From an uncultured bacterium (GTDB taxonomy: Bacteria; Chloroflexota; UBA5177; JANWHV01), in assembly GCA_963729625.1 (NCBI GenBank), contig CAVSOU010000008.1, positions 896,001 to 960,000 on the forward strand: a stretch of 64,000 nucleotides of DNA. Direction: 5' to 3'. Positions 41,526-51,088 of this stretch are shown here, in pieces; within the stretch, counting starts at the first letter, position 1; the number at the start of each line of letters is the position of its first letter. The notes under the pieces were generated by a model that did no database searches, was not told where the DNA came from, and worked only from the letters and a program-made list of their open reading frames with translations. The translations under genes were made by a program, and so were the position numbers.

Positions 41526-41974
41526 ATGCTGCATAGTGCAACATCGCGTCGCTTCCCGCTTGCTTTGCTAGTACTGACGCTCGGCCTGTTCTCAGCTCCG
41601 CAGGTTCCAGTGTCTGCTCAGAACTCAGCCGCGCCGCTCCCTGCCTTTCACGGCCACTTCGCGGTGCTCATGGGCAGGCCGAATCTGCCGAGCTACACGA
41701 CCTATGCGCTCTACGTCGTCGATACGGTGGGCCGGGTGCAGGTATCCGTGAGGTCGACGGATCAGCGTACGGTTGGGCTGGGCAACAACACCTCAGCTAC
41801 ACCGCTGCCGTTGGTGAGCACCTCGGACTAGCGAGCCTGACCAGCACAAACTCCGGTACCAGCTGGATCAGCCGGACGCCGGTCACGGGCAGCAACCTGG
41901 TCAGTGTGAACTGCCCGCTTGTAGGCGACTGTGTCGCAGTCGGCATGGACGGCAGCATTCTGCAGTGGAAGTGA
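41526..41974 (+). pseudogene. Truncated secreted protein followed by an orphan terminal Asp-box blade
   Basis: Signal peptide (..QVPVSA) ORF stops at 41831; next fragment LTSTNSGTSWISRTPVTGSNLVSVNCPLVGDCVAVGMDGSILQWK* has no start. Confidence 0.6.
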
Positions 41975-42561
41975 TCAATTGAGCCCTGAACGCCCGATGA
42001 CGCAGGGAAGAGGTGATAGGTGTGAATAGGCGATACGTGAACACAGTCGGTCTGGTCGTAATGTTGGCCCTGGTGGCGAGCGTCGCATTTACCTGCGGGC
42101 GGTCCGGCGCGACGAGCTCGTCCTTGGGAACACCGACGCCTTCATCGCGGCGCGAGCCTCGACGGCGATACCGGTTACGACTGGAAGTGCATCGAACAGA
42201 CCGACGTTCACGTAGGAATCGACATGGATGCGGCATGGAGACTCCTGGTGGTTGACCGCTCTGGGGAGCCAAGCTCGCCGTGGAGCAGCGACTCGCGGCT
42301 AGCGGACACTGCCGGCCGAAGAGTAAACCTGCCCACGATCGCTGGGCACTGCACAAGCCATAGTGGAGGAGACACGACCGTGGCACGCACTCAGCCGCGA
42401 GCCATCTCTCGAGGTACGAGGGTTCTTGAACGGCCGCGTGCGCGGTCCACCCCAGCGACTTGGTCAAGCCGGCTGTGGTGCCGAGGTATCATCATACTGC
42501 ACGAGCTCAGCATCACGATGGCACTATCGCTGAGTGATCGCAGCGAAGGAGAGACTCGCCG

Positions 42562-43617
42562 GTGTACGAGGAAGCGGAGCAGGTCCACAAGGCACATCGC
42601 GATTACTACCTTCGACTCGCCGAGCGGGCCAGCAAGTCGCTGCTGACCAGGGAACACGAGGCATGGCTCGCCCAGCTTGCCGCCGACGACGGTAACCTGC
42701 GCGCGGCACTGGAGTGGAGCAAGGATCAGCCTGACAGTGGCGATACCCTCACGCGGCTTTCCACTGCCTTGACGACCTACTGGGAGTTCACGGGCCGCAT
42801 GAGCGAAGGCCGGAAGTGGAGTGAAGAGGCCCTCGCAAGGTCGTCGGCGTCCGAAGAGCGTGTCCGATCGCTCGTAGCCGCGTCACGGCTTGTGATGGCA
42901 GTTGAAGATTTCGAGACCGCCGGCGCTATGCTCGACGAGAGCATGGCCTTGGCGCTGGCAAACGACGATGCATACGGCGAAGCGGAGACGTACTCGCATC
43001 GGGGGTATCTCGCCCTTACGAGACACGATCTGCCGGCATCGATAGAAGCCCATACGTCCGGCCTCGCGCGATGGCGGGCATTGGGTCTCGACGACCACGT
43101 CGCCGACTCGCTCACCTGTCTTGGCATGAACACGCTTCTCCTGGGCGACGTCCCACGGGCGATTGCGTATCTCGAAGAGAGCCTCGCGCTCTGCCGTCGA
43201 AGCAGCACGCGATTCTACCTCGCGGATGCGCTCCTCGCGCTCGGGTTTGCCCGGTTCCTGAGCGGGGATCCAGCGGCCGGGGTGCACCTGCTGGCTGAAG
43301 GCATGCAGGTGGCACAGGCCCTGAGCGCGGTGCAGCTTGTCGCCCGGGCTCTGGAAGAGTTTGCCTTTGTCGCGGGGATGACCGGCGACGCGGGGCGAGC
43401 GGCCCAACTGCTGGGTGCCGCACAGGCATATCGCGAACGGATCAACGTGCCGATGCCGCGCGCGTACCACGACCTTTATCAGCAACTGCTCGGCACACTG
43501 CAGGCGCAGATGGGGGCCGCCGCGCTTGACGAGGCGATCGCGCACGGACGGACGCTCACTATTGAGCAGGCAATGACCCTGGCGCTGGCATTCGGCGGAG
43601 CAAGCGACCAGGCGTGA
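42562..43617 (+). pseudogene. C-terminal TPR region of an AfsR/SARP- or LuxR-type ATPase-TPR regulator; N-terminal DNA-binding and ATPase domains missing
   Basis: HRDYYLRLAE...WLAQLAADDGNLRAALEWS, YWEFTGRMSEGRKW, LEESLALCR, RAAQLLGAA, GRTLTIEQAMTLAL; no Walker A in the ORF. Confidence 0.8.
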
Positions 43618-43663
43618 AAGTGCACATTCCGAACGCGCCCGCACGTGCCGAAGCACACGCCAA

Positions 43664-43695
43664 CTAATGGCCGGCTAATGGCTGCCTGCTAGAAT
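43664..43695 (+). promoter_or_regulatory. Direct-repeat promoter element, copy 5
   Basis: CTAATGG-CCGG-CTAATGG-CTGCCTGC-TAGAAT. Confidence 0.82.
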
Positions 43696-43870
43696 TGTGA
43701 GCGTCGGGCTCAACAGCGTGGCTCGAGACCCGGCGCGCCGGATCTCTAGTTATTAAGTGGGGCGCCTGGCGCATACGGCGAGTACTGTGAGTTCGCTGCC
43801 TAAGCAGCGGGTTCAAACATTAGGAGACGCCAACCCTGCCGACGAACCGGATGAACGAGTGGAGGCCTTG

Positions 43871-44839
43871 ATGGGCGCTGCGATTGCCCCGGCACGCATA
43901 ACAGTGCTGGTGTTGCTGGTATTCGTGGCTTCAGTAACTTCATGTGGGGCGTCGAGTGCGGCGACGCCTCAGGTCAGGTTTGGTGCCACGGCAGGACTTA
44001 CCCTGGAACGTCGCCTTGCCAGCGCATCCGATATGACTGAGGCGGCGCCTGCCCAAGCTCAGTCTATGACCCTCTCAACGTATTCGGTTGTGGTAAATCA
44101 GACGGTTACGTTTACGGCCACGGGCTTTCTTGCCAGCACCGCCGATGCGCCTCAATTTACCACACAGAGGGTCGTTGACATCGCCAACTCCTCGACGCAC
44201 GATCTTCCGTCAATTCTCATCGACATCTTCGGCGAAGCGATTGGGACTTTCACGATAGATCCTGAATGGGGCTTTTCACGCGGTGACTTTCTGTCTTTAA
44301 CCCTCACGGGACCTGATCCGGGCGGTGGCACGGCGTCCGTGAGCACGGCTTTGACTATTCGACAGTCAACCGTCACGGGAAGCGCCAATGGCGCGATAGT
44401 CACGTACTCCGGGACCGGGTTCGCGGCGGCTGAGAACGTGGTTGTGAGCCTTGTTCCGGTCCCAATCGGCAGCGCAATGGATGTTCCGCTAAGTACGACA
44501 CAGGCAGACTGGACGGGCAGTTTTTCCGGCGTAGCTGCAGTGCCAATCGGCGCGACTCTCGCACCTGGCGTCTTTCAGGTGTCAGCCACAGGTGCCAGAA
44601 GCGGCTACATCGCTCAGTCTGAGCTTGTTATCGCTGTTCCGATGCCGACTGCCACTTCAACGCCAGCGCCGACAAACACGTTCACCCCTATCCTAATAGC
44701 CGCCGATGGCCCGCACCTCTGCCCTCACGCCGGTCACGTAAGCATGGGCATCATCGCGGTTCGTGCTGGTGACCCACACTTCCGCGGTCATCCTGTGATT
44801 GTTGCCGATGGGTTGCCATCCGGAGTCATAGTTGGCTGA
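43871..44839 (+). CDS. Secreted or lipoprotein with two Ig-like domains; probably truncated in a Pro/Thr linker near 44690
   Basis: GGAGG RBS, signal ending VTSC, two G.GF-type beta repeats (TATGFLA, SGTGFAAAENVVV), PTATSTPAPT linker. Confidence 0.7.
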   Translation: MGAAIAPARITVLVLLVFVASVTSCGASSAATPQVRFGATAGLTLERRLASASDMTEAAPAQAQSMTLSTYSVVVNQTVTFTATGFLASTADAPQFTTQRVVDIANSSTHDLPSILIDIFGEAIGTFTIDPEWGFSRGDFLSLTLTGPDPGGGTASVSTALTIRQSTVTGSANGAIVTYSGTGFAAAENVVVSLVPVPIGSAMDVPLSTTQADWTGSFSGVAAVPIGATLAPGVFQVSATGARSGYIAQSELVIAVPMPTATSTPAPTNTFTPILIAADGPHLCPHAGHVSMGIIAVRAGDPHFRGHPVIVADGLPSGVIVG

Positions 44840-45010
44840 GGCAGGGCGAGGCACGCCTGCCAGTGCCAGCAGGCACGCTAGAACTCCCACTACACGGAGG
44901 CTTCGAGGGAGGCGATGCCGCGCCGGCGCCTTTGCAGGCCCGAGCAGGACCACGTCGCCAAAGGCCGCCGGGCCGCTGTGGTGTCTGGATCTGATTCGAA
45001 GACGCTTCAT
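44693..45010 (-). pseudogene. N-terminal fragment of a secreted protein
   Basis: GAGGA upstream; signal-like LRVVGVLACLLALAGVPRPASA, then about 45 aa before a stop at the junction with the convergent gene. Confidence 0.55.
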
Positions 45011-45240
45011 AGCCTTTTCCTCATTGCGCCGAGATTACCTTTGCCCGGCCCGGAAAACCCATTCGCCATCGATCCGCTTTGCTCGCACGCACGCAGCGGA
45101 TCACCGCGCGCCGCCGGTGGTCTGCCAGCACGGTAATCGAGACGAGAAGACCTCCAGCCAAGGCGTGACGCCAACCATTCCGATTCCCTTTCAACCCGCC
45201 AGGCCGTGATGGCTATGCGCGCAGCCGAATATCGGCGCTC

Positions 45241-48200
45241 TCAGTGCGTGGCGATCGTGTAGAGCCTCCCGCTGCTGTGCCCGGATACATCCGGGAAGTA
45301 CATCATCTTCGCCTGGGTTGGGATGGCGTGATAGGTGCCCGCGGTTGTCAGGTGGATCTGGTAGCTGTACTGGTATGTCCCCGCCGGCAGATAGTCTGCG
45401 AACAGTACGGCTCGATCGTCGCGCAGGTCGACGTGCGAGATGTACCAGCTGAGATCTGTCGTTCCCTTCGGGATTGAGGTGAGGGTCGTGATGCTGCTCA
45501 ACAGGCTGGTGGTGCGCAGCGACGGATCGACCGGCTCCGCGCCGGCCGGCAGAGGATCCTCGATTTGCAGGTAATACAGGTCTTCCGGCGCCGTAATGCT
45601 CAGCACCACGCGGACATCGGACCCTGCCCGACCGTTGCCGCCCACTATGGCCTCATAGCGGCGATTCACCACGATGCCGTGCTCTACCGGTGCAGCGTTG
45701 ACCGCCGACTTGTAGGCGTGCAGTGTGACCGTATAGGCGATCTGTCCCCCGCCTTGCTGCTCGAGCGTCACAGGCACCCTGGCCACGCCGGCAAGAGCCG
45801 CCAGCGGCACGACGAAGGTATGGTCTTTGCCGCGATTGGCATCGTCGATGGTGCCCTCGCCGATGGTCTTTCCGTTGACCAGAACGCTGAACTTGCTGGT
45901 GCCGCCAGGAGACTGGTTCCGAGCCGCGTAGTCTGCGAGGGCGCGCATCGTCACGGCCGTGCTCTGTGTGCTGACCCAGGCTCCGTCGAGCTGCCGCGAC
46001 TTGATCCAGCGGAGGGCCGCGTCCGTCAACGGGGTGCCCGGGTCGAGCTGCATCAGGGCGTCCAGGACGATGGAGGTCGCAGAGGCATCGCTTTCCATCA
46101 TCAGCCAGTCGGGCGACTTATCCGACCAGTGCGCCTGATTGTCGTACTGTTGTACCGTGCTTAGAATGCTTTCCAGCAGTGTCTGGACTCGAGGATCGCT
46201 CACGCCAGACAGCTGGGCAATCGCTTGCGCGAGGTAGGCCCGCGCAAACGGCAGGATGTTCTGATAGCTGTAGTAGAGATTGCTGGCAAAGCCGGGATCC
46301 GAGAAGCCGGCCCGAATCAGCAGGTACGCAACGTAGGCCTGCAGATCGTACAGATACGTCGACGATGGCGTGTAGGTGAAGTAGCCCGATCCTGTCGATG
46401 CCGGGTTGACTGCCCAGTTTCGCACGAAGACGGCAGCCTTGTTCAGGACGCCAACGTCGACGGTGTAGCCCAGGTCCCTGAGCGTCAGCAGACCGTCGAG
46501 CACCCAGGCGCTGGCGGACGGCTGGCTCATATCCTCAGGCCACCAGCCCCAACCTCCGTCGCTGTTCTGCATGCCATACAGTCGCTGGAGACCGGCGCTT
46601 ACCACGAGCGGCACGCCGGCGGCGACACTGGGAGCGACGCCACTCAGGGACGACGGCAAACGAGCCGCTTCCGCCAGTCCCACAATCCTGCTGGTGGTCT
46701 GTTCCGAACAGTCGTACGGGTAGTTGACGAGATAGCTCGCGGCGCGGCCGAGCCCTGACACCGGCGATGGCGACAGCGTCACGGTGAGGTCACCTTCGCC
46801 GGGCATCATGTCCGATGTGATGTCCACCAACTGTGTGACTTTTGTAGAGAATACCCCGCTGGTGGCCGTGGTGCTCAGCATGGTATTGGCCTCTACGGGC
46901 AGACTCACCTGCAGGCTATCGGAGAGGCTCGGACTGCCAAATGCGTTGGCCGCAAAGAGGAAAGTCTGAGCGCCGATGGCGTTGGCCCGCACGGGCCACT
47001 GTACCACGCGCGAGCCGCCGGCCGGCACTTTGACGGTGCTGGTGTAGTCCTGCGGCGGCACTGCTGCGCCGGCACTGGACCCGCTCGTGCTCACGTGCAG
47101 CCTGACGGCGACCATCTGGGTTTTGCCAGTCAGGTTATCCACGACCGCGCCGGCAAGCGCGGAGTCGCCGAGGGTCAGGAAGCGAGGCAGCGCGGGCTCC
47201 AGCAGCAGATCCTTGCTGCTGATCAGATCCAAGCTGCTTTCACCCAGCTGGGTTGACGCCGTGCTGCCGATCGCGCTGAAGGTCCAGGTGGTGAGATTGT
47301 CGGGCAGGACCACCGTGACCGATGCATTGCCATGAGCATCTGTGACCACCGACGGGTTCCAATAGGCCGTATCCGGGAACTTGGCGCGCGGAGCCGGCCC
47401 TTCGCCTGCGCCTCCGCCACCACCGCCCTTTGTGCCAAGCTGCTGGTCGAGGTTCAACCGATCGATGTACTGGGTAAGCGAGCCGGCGCTCTCGACGCCG
47501 AGGTCGCGCTCTCGGTAGAACGTATCCAGCAGCGTGGGATTGCTGCTCGACGCCAGTGCCAGCACCGCCTTGTCCACCAGCGCTACGGCGAGCTCTGCCC
47601 GTACTCCGCGGCCCAAGGCGTTAAGCGTGTGTATGGCGAAGGTGACTTTCTGGCCGGGCTTTGCCTTGGGCGGATAGGCGTGGATCGACACATGAAGCTT
47701 CTGGGACGAAATGTCCACCGGCAGGGTCACATATCCGAGCTTCCACTCCGGCAGATTGGTATCGGCACCCGGCCCCTTGACGAGGGTGACGCTCACATAC
47801 ACGTCCGGCGCGTAGAGCCCCACTATCGGCACGCTGACGGTCGAGCTGTTCGTCCGCAGGGTGAGAACCTGGTGGCTGAGCACGCCGCCGCGCTCGACCG
47901 TGACCAGCGCCGTCACGCCCGCCAACGGCGCGGTCACCAGGATGTGCGCCACGTTGCCGGGCTTGTAGCTCTGCTTGTCCGGCACCAGCCGGATGCGGTC
48001 GTTGTTCGGCGGCTGCCAGGCCACGTATGGCGCACCCGCGGACGCGCACCACAGCGATAACCTGGCGACGGATGGCCGGCGAGCACTGTCGCTGGCCGTC
48101 GCCACCACGACATATTCACCGCCGGTATTAGGCCGGACCAGTACGGAGGCCGTGCCCGACCTCCCGCTCCGCGTCAAGTAGGTGGCCACGAGCGTGTCTT

Positions 48201-50928
48201 TGTGCGTGGATTGCCAGTAGTAGAAGCCACTGCTGTCCCGCACGTAGCGGCTCATCCAGACCCGCTTATACAGCTTCACGGTAATGGGCACAGCGGAAAC
48301 GGTCCGCGAATCGTCGTCGGCAACGGCCACGAGCCTGATGGAAGTTGCCTTGCCCGCGGTCAGCACATAGCCTGCCGGCTTTAGCCCGACGTACACCGCC
48401 GACTTGTGCACCGCGACTTGGGCCTGCTGCGCGACTTGCTGGTTGTCGGGCCCCGTGACGATGGCTTCCAGCGTGAACTGCTGGCTCGTGGCGTTGCCTT
48501 TGATGCTTGCCGGTACGGCGAAGTGAAAGTCGCCGTTGGCGTACGTCATTCCGGCGCCCTGCGTAACCCTCTGGCCACCAGAGCTCTGCTGACTGCTGTC
48601 GACCCAGTCGTAATCGCCAAAGCTGTAGTCCGGGAACAGCGCGCTGCTGAAATAGAAGGAGTTTCGCGTGAGATTCCAGGCAACCGACGCCTGCGCGACC
48701 GGCGCGCCAAAGTAGTAGCGGGCGCGCACCTGCACGCCGATCTTCTCGCCCTGAACGTAATCTGCGTTCGCGCCGCGGTCGCTAATCACCGACAGCGCGT
48801 AGGTGGGCGCCTCATAGGCCGCCACTTCGAAGCTGGCAGCGGTCGAGCTGTTGCCGAGAACGGCTGCCATGTAGTAGGTGCCCAGCGACGCGCCGGTGCC
48901 CAGCAGCACCTTGCCGCTGAAGCCGCCAAATCTATCGAGAGACAGCCAGCCCTGGTACACCACGAGATAGCGCGCATCGCGCACGGTCACCTTGACCGGC
49001 TTGCCGGCGGGCGGAGTGCTGTATCGCCCGTCGTTATCCTGGCGCGCGATCCCCTTGAAGTAGACCGGCTGCCCCGGCCGATAGATGGGCCGCTCAGTTG
49101 TCAGATGCATGCGCACCGGTTGCAAGTAGGTGGTGAACCGGAGGTTGAAGTCCCATGGACTCACGCCGTTATTCCAGTCAAGCGAGCAGGCCGCGACGTC
49201 GCCTGAGCGCGTGAGCTCGGCCAGCACGGCGTGCTGCAAGACCGAATCGTTGCTTCGCAGGACCTTGACCGTCGCTTGGAAGACACCGGTCCGGTCGGTT
49301 CGCCCTGTGGCCAGCACGCTGCTCTTGTCGGCAAGCACGCGGACCGACTCGCCGCGGACCGGCTTGCCGGTCCGGAGATCGGTAGCCCAGACGAACACTT
49401 GGTGCTGCCCCACCTTGAGCGTGACCGATGTGCGGGTGATCAAGACCAACAAGTGGTCGGCCGGCGTGAACTGATTGGCCGGATTCCAGGCGTCTACGAG
49501 GTAGTAGCCGGGCGCCAGCGGCCGCCCGCCAACCATCAACGGCTGCTTCACCAGGTTGGCCTTGCTGAGCGCCGCCTGCGAAGGCACCTGCCAGATAGCG
49601 AGCGGGCGCAGGCCCGCGGGAGGCTCTCCATGCCAGTTGCTGGGCGAACTCGACAGCAAGCTCTGGAACTGACCGCCGTTCAAATGGTAGAGGCTCAGCA
49701 GAATGCTGGGCAGATTGACGACACGGGCGTAGATGCTGGCGCTTCTGTAGGCGTCGTAGGCGGCGACAGGTCCCTGGCTAACGAGTGTAATGCTCGGCGG
49801 CGCCGGCTGGGTGGTGAATGACATCGTGTAGCGCCGCGGCAGCGATTGCCCGGCGATGCCGATACGGGCAGGGTCGATTACGATCCTGTACGTGACGGAC
49901 GGCAGGAAATCGGCGTTCACGATGAGGGCTGTGCCGGTCTGGTCGGTATATACGCTCGCGTAGTCTACCTTCGGGATAATGTGGACGGCTTTGTGCGCCA
50001 GGGCTTGATCGATCGGAGCCGACAGCCTGATCCTGATGCCGTTGCTCGTATCGACGCCGGTCGCACCGGGGAAGGGCGTCGTGTCGACGACGCTAAGCGG
50101 TCCGGCCACGCTGTACTGCCACACGTAGGTTTGCGTCATGGGCAGCGGCCCGGCCGTGCTGCGGACCCCCGGCCCTTCGATCGCTTCTGCTCGAGCACCA
50201 AGAGGCAGAGCCCTGGCCGGGTGAAAGGTCATGATCGTATCTCTGGCCAGCGGGGGCGTTTGGCTGGAGCCGCCAGACGCCTGCTGCCGTGGCACGACCG
50301 CTTCGGAGCCGTCCGGCTGTGTGGCAAGCACGGGGCCGTTCCAGGCAAAACGCCCAGGCACTCTTGCCCTATTGGCGAGCAAGGTGAACCCAGCCTCAGC
50401 AGAAGCATGCTGCACGGGCTGGTTGAACACCACTTGCACGGCGTCGCGCGGCAGGGCAAATGCCGTTCCGTTCACGGGTACCGTGCTGAGGACACCGGGG
50501 CGAAGGGTTGAGAACCCAAACGAGTAGGGCTCGACGAGCTGGGAGCCATCTGTGGCCGTGAGACCCGGCTTGGTGGCTACCAGATACTGCGTGGCAGGCG
50601 CCAGCCCTTTGGGAACCTGATATGACCAGATGCTCGTGTTGATCCAGCGTCCCTGTCCGGCTACGGGCGGCGCGATCGTCGCCGGGGCATGTGCGCCGGC
50701 CACGCCGACGTCGCCCAGGGTCACCACCGGCCTGTCGAACGTGATGGAAATGAAACCTGAAGCAGGAACCTCCATGCTACCGGCGGGAGGCGTGGTGCTC
50801 ACGACCTGCAGTGCCGCCGCCGCCGCGCTACCATGGCGGGGTTCCTGCAATGTTGCCGAGAGCAGCGCAACCACAACAGCCAGGCGGGCCGCGACCCGCA
50901 AACTACCGGAAAGAATCGCCTTACACAT
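45241..50928 (-). CDS. Bacterial alpha-2-macroglobulin family protein with N-terminal Ig-like (Big_5) domains
   Basis: TERPIYRPGQ, RAKFPDTAYWNP, LPDNLTTW, thioester motif YPYDCSEQ, QNSDGGWGWW, STQST, IEDPLPAGAE, MYFPDV; signal peptide. Confidence 0.95.
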   Translation of the reverse strand: MCKAILSGSLRVAARLAVVVALLSATLQEPRHGSAAAAALQVVSTTPPAGSMEVPASGFISITFDRPVVTLGDVGVAGAHAPATIAPPVAGQGRWINTSIWSYQVPKGLAPATQYLVATKPGLTATDGSQLVEPYSFGFSTLRPGVLSTVPVNGTAFALPRDAVQVVFNQPVQHASAEAGFTLLANRARVPGRFAWNGPVLATQPDGSEAVVPRQQASGGSSQTPPLARDTIMTFHPARALPLGARAEAIEGPGVRSTAGPLPMTQTYVWQYSVAGPLSVVDTTPFPGATGVDTSNGIRIRLSAPIDQALAHKAVHIIPKVDYASVYTDQTGTALIVNADFLPSVTYRIVIDPARIGIAGQSLPRRYTMSFTTQPAPPSITLVSQGPVAAYDAYRSASIYARVVNLPSILLSLYHLNGGQFQSLLSSSPSNWHGEPPAGLRPLAIWQVPSQAALSKANLVKQPLMVGGRPLAPGYYLVDAWNPANQFTPADHLLVLITRTSVTLKVGQHQVFVWATDLRTGKPVRGESVRVLADKSSVLATGRTDRTGVFQATVKVLRSNDSVLQHAVLAELTRSGDVAACSLDWNNGVSPWDFNLRFTTYLQPVRMHLTTERPIYRPGQPVYFKGIARQDNDGRYSTPPAGKPVKVTVRDARYLVVYQGWLSLDRFGGFSGKVLLGTGASLGTYYMAAVLGNSSTAASFEVAAYEAPTYALSVISDRGANADYVQGEKIGVQVRARYYFGAPVAQASVAWNLTRNSFYFSSALFPDYSFGDYDWVDSSQQSSGGQRVTQGAGMTYANGDFHFAVPASIKGNATSQQFTLEAIVTGPDNQQVAQQAQVAVHKSAVYVGLKPAGYVLTAGKATSIRLVAVADDDSRTVSAVPITVKLYKRVWMSRYVRDSSGFYYWQSTHKDTLVATYLTRSGRSGTASVLVRPNTGGEYVVVATASDSARRPSVARLSLWCASAGAPYVAWQPPNNDRIRLVPDKQSYKPGNVAHILVTAPLAGVTALVTVERGGVLSHQVLTLRTNSSTVSVPIVGLYAPDVYVSVTLVKGPGADTNLPEWKLGYVTLPVDISSQKLHVSIHAYPPKAKPGQKVTFAIHTLNALGRGVRAELAVALVDKAVLALASSSNPTLLDTFYRERDLGVESAGSLTQYIDRLNLDQQLGTKGGGGGGAGEGPAPRAKFPDTAYWNPSVVTDAHGNASVTVVLPDNLTTWTFSAIGSTASTQLGESSLDLISSKDLLLEPALPRFLTLGDSALAGAVVDNLTGKTQMVAVRLHVSTSGSSAGAAVPPQDYTSTVKVPAGGSRVVQWPVRANAIGAQTFLFAANAFGSPSLSDSLQVSLPVEANTMLSTTATSGVFSTKVTQLVDITSDMMPGEGDLTVTLSPSPVSGLGRAASYLVNYPYDCSEQTTSRIVGLAEAARLPSSLSGVAPSVAAGVPLVVSAGLQRLYGMQNSDGGWGWWPEDMSQPSASAWVLDGLLTLRDLGYTVDVGVLNKAAVFVRNWAVNPASTGSGYFTYTPSSTYLYDLQAYVAYLLIRAGFSDPGFASNLYYSYQNILPFARAYLAQAIAQLSGVSDPRVQTLLESILSTVQQYDNQAHWSDKSPDWLMMESDASATSIVLDALMQLDPGTPLTDAALRWIKSRQLDGAWVSTQSTAVTMRALADYAARNQSPGGTSKFSVLVNGKTIGEGTIDDANRGKDHTFVVPLAALAGVARVPVTLEQQGGGQIAYTVTLHAYKSAVNAAPVEHGIVVNRRYEAIVGGNGRAGSDVRVVLSITAPEDLYYLQIEDPLPAGAEPVDPSLRTTSLLSSITTLTSIPKGTTDLSWYISHVDLRDDRAVLFADYLPAGTYQYSYQIHLTTAGTYHAIPTQAKMMYFPDVSGHSSGRLYTIATH

Positions 50929-51088
50929 ACCGAGTCCCTCCCCTTTCAACAAGCCGCGCACCAGCTCTCCGCGTGGTTGCCTTCGAGTCGTTGGCGGAAC
51001 GACTCCATCTCTATGCCCCGATACCTGCCGCTGGCCTTGCGTCGCATCGTCCGTCCGGTCTCCCCATCACCATGCATCCCACAAACAT

